Of a DNA stretch of 64,000 nucleotides, positions 56,634 to 64,000 are shown one piece after another; positions within the stretch are counted from its first letter, which is position 1; each line of letters begins with the position of its first letter. Location of the stretch: assembly GCA_951406725.2 (NCBI GenBank), contig OX597834.1, positions 40,176,001-40,240,000 on the forward strand, written 5' to 3'. The notes under the pieces were generated by a model. That model made no database searches. It worked only from the letters and a program-made list of their open reading frames with translations, and was not told where the DNA came from. Origin of the DNA: Octopus vulgaris. Taxonomy: Eukaryota. A program made the translations under genes and the position numbers.

Positions 56634-57409
56634 TATAATAAACCTGGGAGAAATTATTGATCTGCATTTAAACTGGGTTCAACCGGTTTGAACCAGCTGG
56701 ATGTGGCATAAAGGCAGGGACGGACTGAGCCGTCAGTCAATCAAGCACTGCCTGAGGGCCTGAAGCTTTAAGTGGCCCGCATTCTACATGTTAACTCTAC
56801 TAAAACACACATTCAAAGGGGCCCAGTAAATAGTTATGCCCTGCCCGAGGGCTCTTAATACCCTCAGCCCCCTCACCCCCCTGCATGATGGTCATGAATT
56901 CCTCTCTCTCAAGGGTGTCCGCCACAAATGGTTAATTAATATAGTACTTTCTAGTTTTTATCTCAAGACCAGAAGTTTTGAGGTGAGAGGGTAGTCAATC
57001 ACACTGACCTCTAAGTATGTGACTGGTACTTTATTTTATTGACCCCAAAAGGATGAATGGCGTAGTTGACATTGGTGGTATTTGAACTCAGAATGTAAAG
57101 AGCTGGGTAAAATACTGCTCTAATGATTCTACCAGTCCCGTAATAATTCTTTAAAGTTTTGGCCCAAGACCAACAATTTTATGGGGGATGGGGATAGTTG
57201 ATTCTATTGACCCCAGGACTTGATTTATTTTATATTTTATTAACCCAGAAAGGATAAATACTGAAGTTGACCTCAGCAGGATTTGAACTCAGAACATTAG
57301 GAGCCAGAAGAAATACTGCGACAAGCATATTTTGCCTTATGCTCTAACAATTCCGTCATCTCCCAATGTTCCCAATTACTTCTTGGTGTGACCCTGATTA
57401 CCTCTTTAT

Positions 57410-57680
57410 TAGCCCCTAGTCAGCTCTTGATGTGCTCCCTGGTCAGCTCCCAATGTGCCCCCTAGTCAGTTCCTAATGTCACCCCAGTCAGCTCCCAATG
57501 TGCCCCAAGTCAACTCCTGATGTGACCCCACTCAGCCTCCAATGTACCCTTGGTCAGCTCCTGATGTGCTCCAAGTTAGCTCTCAATGTGCCCCAGATTA
57601 GCTCCGAATGTGCCCCAGTCGGTTCCTGATGTGCCCTGGGTCAGCTCCTGATCTACTCCTAATCTGTCCCTGATCTGCCC
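57410..57680. repeat. About 22-bp minisatellite
   Basis: Unit like cagctcccaatgtgccccaagt, about 11 copies. Confidence 0.8.
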
Positions 57681-58744
57681 CTACTGATCTACCCTTGTTC
57701 TGTCTCTGGTCACCTCATGACCTGTGCTTGGACTTATTTTAGGGGCACTTGCTGTAATCATTGATGCCATGGCTTTGATCTGTGACAATGACCCTCTCTC
57801 GCCAATCAATCATAAGAGACCCAAAAATGTGGGTTGTGAGCCTTTCCTTCTCTGATTAAGTCTTAAATAAAATTTAAACAAACACTAAACTCCACACACA
57901 CACACACAGTAACATACAATGTCTAATTATTAATTCAGGTGCGCGCGTGCACACACACACACACAGGAATATATAATGTCTAATTATTAATTCAGGTGTG
58001 CACAAACACACATACACACACACAGTGATATACTATGTCTTGTTATTAATTCATAGATACACACTAACACACACATGCATGCACACATACACGCACACAT
58101 ATACACATATGTACATATACATATGCACACTTAGTAACAGTAATATACTATGTCTGGTCATTAATTAATATCTGGCTCAGACAGTTTATCTTGATGGAGA
58201 CTAGACGAGATAATGAGACAAGATAAAAGTTAATTTCATTTTGTTTTTGCTGCAATTCTTCTGGTTTCGTTGCGATGGTTGTTACATTTCAAGCAATTAC
58301 ATAAAAAAAAAAGCTAATATAAATAAATACAAAAATTTATTTTAAACAAACCAAAAAAAAAAAATAGAAATAAGAAAAAGAAAATTTTCAATTACTCGAA
58401 AAGAATTGTATTTCGTAAACCTGAAACTATTTTATTCTTCAATAACTAAACTGGTCTGTAAGAGGGAATGGTTATCTGCTAGGCTGGCTACAGTGGCTTT
58501 GAAGCCAGTGAAAAATGTTGTGTTGGAGGAGAGAAATAAAGCTTTAAAATTTAAACTGGACATATCTGGCTCAAATACTCTGCCTGTTTTGTGTTAAAAC
58601 TGGCCAGATATGACCTCTCACACCAACTCCACAATGTCACTCTGAAAAATAAACGATAACATCATAAAAATCTTGAAGCTCTTTTGTTTTTCCTTTCTTT
58701 CTTTCTTTAGGTGCCATGTCCAGAATGTAGAACATAAGTGATCA

Positions 58745-59369
58745 TGTCCTGCCACAGTTTTCTATTCTTTCTTTTCTGTAAACAGTTCTATTTCATGATG
58801 TTTAAATGCCACTTTCTTTTCCAACCAATTCCTGAAGCTTGATATCCAGGACATCCTCCTCCTTCTGCTTTTCTTCTCTTCAATCCTTCTGGCCATCACT
58901 AAAATCTCCAGGTCCTCTTTTATCATCCCATGACAAAGAAATTTCCATTGCTTAGCCCCTTATCTCATGAAGCACCTCCCTATTTACCAGAGCCCAAGCC
59001 ATCACTTCTTCATTAGACCCTTTGTCAAGCTATCCTCAGTATTCTCAATGTAAGACATAGGCAATCATATCCTGCGACAATTCTCTGTTCTTTGTTTTCT
59101 GTAACAGTTTCATTTCCTGATGTTAAATGCCTCTTTCTTTCAACCGATTCCTGTCATCCATCTCTTTCCCCTGCTTCTTCTCTCATCCCTCTTTCCAGTC
59201 GTTACTAAATTCTCCAGGCCCTAATTTCTCATCATATGACTAAAAAATCTCAATCATTTTGCCCTTATCTCACAAAACAGTCTCCTATTTACTGCAGCCT
59301 GGGTCATCATTTCTTCATTAGACACTTTGTCTATCCATGCTACCCTCAATATTCTCCTTAAGAGCCACA
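58745..59369 (-). mobile_element. Two tandem degenerate copies (about 320 bp each) of an old RTE-type RT C-terminal fragment
   Basis: 58745-59055 and 59065-59369 align with each other; minus strand gives RILR..DKVSNEEM-like remnants; continues after the SINE insertion at 60089-60115. Confidence 0.55.
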
Positions 59370-60066
59370 AAGGTAATGATTTGTCAGAAACATTAGCATT
59401 CCAGGCGAAATGCTTAACAGTATTTCGTCTGTGTTTACAAAGGCAATGAGCTGGTAGAAACGTTAATACGCTGGGTGAAATGCTAAACAGTATTTCATTT
59501 GTCTTTACGAGGGCGGAGAGCTGATAGGAACGTTAGCATGCCAGGCGAAATACTTAACAGTATTTCGTCTGTCTTTACAAGGAGGGTGAGCTGGCAAAAA
59601 TGTTAGCACACCGGGCAAAATGCTTAGCAATATTTCATCTGTCATTACATTTTGAGTTCAAACTCCACCAAGGTCGACTTTGCCTGTCTTCCTTTCGGGG
59701 TTGATTAAATAAGTACCAGTTACACACTGGGGTCGATGTAATTGACTTAATCCCTTTGTCTGTCCTTGTTTGTCCTCTCTGTGTTTAGCCCCTTGTGGGT
59801 AGTAAAGAAATAGGTATTTCGTCCATCTTTACGAGGACGGTGAGCTGGCAAAAATGTTAGCACACTGGGCAAAATGCTTAGCAATATTTCGTCTGTCGTT
59901 ACATTCTGAGTTCAAACTCCACCAAGGTCGACTTTGCCTTTCTTCCTTTCGGGATCGATTAAATAAGTACCAGTTACACACTGGGGTCGATGTAATTAAC
60001 TTAATTTCTTTGTCTATCCTTGTTTGTCCCTTCTATGTTTAGCCCCCTGTGGGCAACAAAGATATA
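59370..60066 (+). mobile_element. Composite SINE-B: three 70-bp head-only units plus two full copies, inside one 22-bp TSD
   Basis: TSD aatattctccttaagagccaca at 59348-59369 and 60067-60088. Confidence 0.85.
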
Positions 60067-60504
60067 AATATTCTCCTTAAGAGCCACATTTCACAGCTCT
60101 CCAAGCACCTTGTCATTTCTGACGTTATAAAAGAGAATAGCATGATTAATTGAAAACAATGAGTAAATAAGCTTGACATCTGACAGAGAATCCCGAGTGT
60201 TAAAGGATTAGATGTTTAGAGAACACTCTGTATATATATGGCTTGACTGGTCAAGCTGGTTAGATCATTAATCGGACGGAGGAGCAATTTAAATATTTAG
60301 ACAATTATATCGCAGAAGGCAAGGACAGATTTTATGCAAGGATAGGTCTGGTGTGTGCTGCGATAAATGAGCTGGACAAAATATGAAAGATTAACATGGA
60401 CAGAAACTGAAACTTGGACTTTTCAAGGCATGTGTAGAAAGCATTCTGTGACGCAACTCAGAAACTTGGAGCATAACAGAGATAAAAATAGATGGATTAT
60501 AAAG

Positions 60505-60833
60505 GTAAAGACCCCATTTGGTCATGAATGACCCTGGGATTGCACCTAGAAAGTGTACCCTCTGAGGTACAAGTCTGGACAAGGTTGTTTATGGAAAACC
60601 AGCAATTGGCCACGCATACCAGGAATTTCCCATGCATATCCAAAGGAAAGGCAAAGGTCGATATAGCTTTTGGCACCAGTGATGTTGCAACTCATTTCTA
60701 CAGCTGAGTGAACTGGAGTAACGTGAAATAAAGTGTCTTGCTCAAGAACACAACACAAAGCCCAGTTCAAGAATCGAACTCATTACCTCATGATTGTAAG
60801 CCAGACACTCTAACCACTGAGCCATGTGCCTTC
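60505..60833 (-). mobile_element. tRNA-derived CORE-type SINE family E; copies at about 1580-1900(-) and 9720-9935(+)
   Basis: Head ggcacaTGGCTCAGTGGttagag..gagttcgattc, core gtgttcttgagcaagacactttatttcac.ttactccagt. Confidence 0.8.
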
Positions 60834-61181
60834 AAGCTATGGAGAAAGATTTTTATCCTCAACTAGAGAGATCATATAACCAACAGAGAGCTATACCAAG
60901 GTCAGCCATGGATGTCAGACACCCATTTGGCAGAGAAGATTATGCTTTGCTGGGCCTTGCCATAGAGCTGGAGACCAATCAGCCTGGAAGCTTTTATTTT
61001 TTGGCCACCATCAGAAGGTAGGTGGGTCAGAGGAGCAGGAATGAAGATCTCTTTCCCAAAGTACTCAGAGAGGATGCTGGTATGAAGTCTGATTCTTAAA
61101 TCAAAGTCTTCATGATGGACAAGGACATTTGAAGGCAGAGAGCGAAGTGGGTTACAGCTTCATCTGTGAGCAACTGAGGCT

Positions 61182-61220
<39 letters not shown>

Positions 61221-61221
61221 A

Positions 61222-61581
61222 TATATAATATTAATTAGAGACAAAACCACTATTTTGCAAATCAAACAAAGAAAGACTTAAACCAATACATAAAAAAAAT
61301 TTTAATATAAATTAAATAAAATTATATTCGCCACTACAATTGTTTCATGTCTCTTCTCAGGACATTCATCAGGTGGATTTCAGATCTAAAAATAATAATT
61401 TTATTTAATTTATATTAAAATTTTTTTTATGTATTGGATTAAGTCTTTCTTTGTTTGATTTGCAAAATAGTGGTTTTGTCTCTAATTAATATTATATAAT
61501 ATTTTACTATAAAATTGGATTCAATCCTAAATCTGATTTTCCCTGTAAATTTGGATTTATTCCCTAATATTTATTATTATA
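61222..61581. mobile_element. Penelope-like element terminal remnant with inverted pseudo-LTR arrangement
   Basis: 104-bp inverted arms 61222-61325 and 61395-61498 (1 mismatch) around the hammerhead; T-rich tail to about 61581; flanked by (TA)n on both sides; related tail at about 37400-37525. Confidence 0.65.
61331..61376 (-). ncRNA. Minimal type I hammerhead ribozyme (Penelope-type), intact catalytic core
   Basis: Minus strand CCAC CUGAUGA AUGUC cugagaaga GACAU GAAA CAAUUG UA GUGG: stem I CCAC/GUGG, stem II 5 bp, palindromic stem III ACAAUUGU, GUA cleavage triplet. Confidence 0.8.
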
Positions 61582-61769
61582 TATCTATATATATATATAT
61601 ACATACTGAGACCATGCTGGAGTACTGCCTTGAAGTATTTCAGTTGAACAAATCAACCCCAGGACATTTTTTTTTAAAGTCTGGTACTTAACCTATCAAT
61701 TCTTTTTTTTTTCTTGAACAAAAGTTAAGTGGATGTAAACACAACAACACCAGTTCTCAGTGGTGGGGA

Positions 61770-61810
<41 letters not shown>

Positions 61811-61814
61811 GTGT

Positions 61815-62053
61815 GCACGCAATGGAAGTAGGATGGTTCATCTTTGTTCACTTAGTTTATTTTTTGATTTGGTTGAATCTTGGTTGTTTTTCTTTTTTTT
61901 TTGTTGGTCAGTTATTTTTAGCGTTTTGACAGAAAAAAGTCCTAAAATTGGTTTTTAATGTAAGCGTACCCAAACAAGTCGAATGCTTACACAGAGCAGG
62001 TTTTACAGCCACATCATTCAAACCGACCGGGTGAAACCGGGCTTTGCTGCTAG
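61815..62053 (+). mobile_element. Helitron 3' fragment
   Basis: Hairpin ccgggtgaaaccgg then gctttgctgCTAG|T; 5' boundary uncertain. Confidence 0.5.
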
Positions 62054-62088
<35 letters not shown>

Positions 62089-62413
62089 CCATATGTGTTT
62101 CATGTGACCAAGATTCTGTGAATATCTCCAGTGAAACACTGGTACTAACCATCCTTTTTTTTCCATGTTGATATTAATGTCACTTCTGGAGACATTAACC
62201 TCTCATGTGTGAGGGAAGGTCATTCATGGAGGCAATTGACCACCGGTTCAAAGGAAACACTGACCAGTGAGGTTGCATGTGTCAATGTAATTAGCATGTA
62301 TGTGTACAATGCATGTGAGTTCATATACATGTATGTGGTGGTAGTGGTGGTGGTGGTGGTGGTGGTGATTAGGGGTAGGGACACTGGCACTACGGTTCTT
62401 TATTCTTGTCCAG

Positions 62414-62548
62414 GTCATCCTCAGATCTGTCTCTGTTTCCTGTGTCACATCTCGGAACGTCTTGGAGAGAGACAGGTTCAAAGTGAAGACGGAGAAGTAC
62501 GATGCCATCAACAGTGAACTGACGAACAGACCCAGCGTGGCAGAATAG
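62414..62548 (+). CDS. Possible terminal coding exon, unknown product
   Basis: ttctttattcttgtccag| then VILRSVSVSCVTSRNVLERDRFKVKTEKYDAINSELTNRPSVAE*; GC-balanced unique island between microsatellites; minus-strand frames are also open. Confidence 0.2.
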   Translation, partial: VILRSVSVSCVTSRNVLERDRFKVKTEKYDAINSELTNRPSVAE

Positions 62549-62992
62549 CATAGCAACAGTACTGTCTGTGTGGGTGGATGTGTGTATATGCACGTGTGTG
62601 TGTGTGTGTGCATGCACATTAATGTGCAAGCATGTGCATTAGTGTGTGTGTGTGTCTGCATTCTGTATTAATGTGTGTTCATGTGTATGTACGTGTGTGT
62701 CTGTGTCTGTGTGTGTGTCTGTGTGTCTGTGTGCATGCAAATTAATGTGCAAGTGTGTGCATTAGTGTGTGTGTGTCTGCATTCTTTATTAATATGTGTT
62801 CATGTGTATGTACATATATGTGTGTGTGTGTGTGTGTGTGTGAGCACAAAGTGTGAATGTGTGCATTAGTGTGTGTTTGCATTGTGTTAGCATGTGTGTA
62901 TGTGTATGTACATGAGTATGCATTAATGTGTGTGTGTGTAGGAGTGGCTGGGTGTTTATGTGTGTACATTAGTGTGTCTGTATTATGTGCTA

Positions 62993-63038
<46 letters not shown>

Positions 63039-63194
63039 ATGCATATGTGTGTGTATTAACGTGAACATGGATGTGTGCCATTTTATTGCGTGTGCATGTG
63101 TGCAAGCATCTGTGCTAATGTCTGCATATCTGCTTGTGTGTGTGTCTGTGTGTGTGTTAATGTGAGCGAGGACATGTCTTAATGTCTAAGAGTG

Positions 63195-63830
63195 CACATA
63201 TATGCTGTTTTAATGTGCAGTGTGCATGTGTAGCTCTGTGTGTGTGTGTGTGTGTGTGTGTTAATGAGTGAGTGTGGATGTGTAGCATTTTAATTGTGTA
63301 TGTGTGTGTGTGTGTGTGTGCATACATGTGCTGTTTTAATGTGCCGTGTGCATGTGTGTAGCTGTGTGTGTGTGTGTGTGTGTGTGTTACCGAGTGAGTG
63401 TGGATGTGTAGCATTTTAATTGTGTGTGTGTGTGTGTGTGTGCATACATGTGCTGTTTTAATGTGCCGTGTGCATGTGTGTAGCTGTGTGTGTGTGTGTG
63501 TGTGTGTTAACGAGTGAGTGTGGATGTGTAGCATTTTAATTGTGTATGTGTGTGTGTGTGTGTGCATACATGTGCTGTTTTAATGTGCCGTGTGCATGTG
63601 TGTAGCTGTGTGTGTGTGTGTGTGTGTGTTAACGAGTGAGTGTGGATGTGTAGCATTTTAATTGTGTATGTGTGTGTGTGTGTGTGCATACATGTGCTGT
63701 TTTAATGTGCCGTGTGCATGTGTGTAGCTGTGTGTGTGTGTGTGTTAATGAGTGAGTGTGGATGTGTAGCATTTTAATTGTGTGTGTGTGTGTATACATG
63801 TGATGTTTTAATGTGCAGTGTGTAGCTGTG
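63195..63830. repeat. About 120-bp tandem repeat built on (TG)n, about 5 copies
   Basis: gagtgagtgtggatgtgtagcattttaattgtg...catacatgtgctgttttaatgtgccgtg recurs every 115-125 bp. Confidence 0.88.
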
Positions 63831-64000
63831 TTTGTGTGTGCGTGTGTGCACATATGTGTGTATATATATGTGCTGTTTTAATGTGTGGGTTGCATATCTG
63901 TGTGTTAACATATGAGTAACTATACATCTATGTGGCTATGGGTGTGTTAATGCTTATGTGTAGGTGTACAAGTTTATGTGTATGTGTGTGTATGTGTGTA

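Noticed and set aside
58711-58737. Acceptor followed by VPCPECRT*, RING-like
   Set aside because: Only 8 codons, at the edge of a decayed LINE remnant, no upstream RING exons found
59370-59650. CRISPR-like or tRNA-gene array with 70-bp period
   Set aside because: Units are SINE-B heads without spacers or complete cloverleafs

Overview
Eukaryotic, AT-rich, microsatellite-saturated genomic DNA. The repeat families and microsatellite density are most consistent with an octopus (coleoid cephalopod); this assignment is inferred from recognition of the repeats, not from a search. Almost all listed ORFs are translated microsatellites or SINE bodies. One coding exon is well supported: 128 nt on the minus strand (20497-20624), resembling the N-terminal PH-like segment of SynGAP/RASAL2/DAB2IP-family RasGAPs, so the window is probably mostly intron of that gene. 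The rest is at least five tRNA-derived SINE families (labelled A, B, D, E, F here), fragments of RTE, Tx1/L1-like and R4/Dong-like LINEs, an internally deleted mariner, mariner MITEs, non-autonomous Helitrons/Helentron and minisatellites. The most unusual signal is a set of about eight Penelope-type minimal hammerhead ribozyme motifs from several families. One has an intact core and sits in the loop of a 104-bp near-perfect inverted repeat (61222-61498); two are embedded in a tRNA-headed SINE (31351-31890). Also notable: a SINE tail shared with a Tx1-like LINE and a multi-head composite SINE inside one 22-bp TSD. Repeat boundaries are approximate unless TSDs or TIRs are cited.
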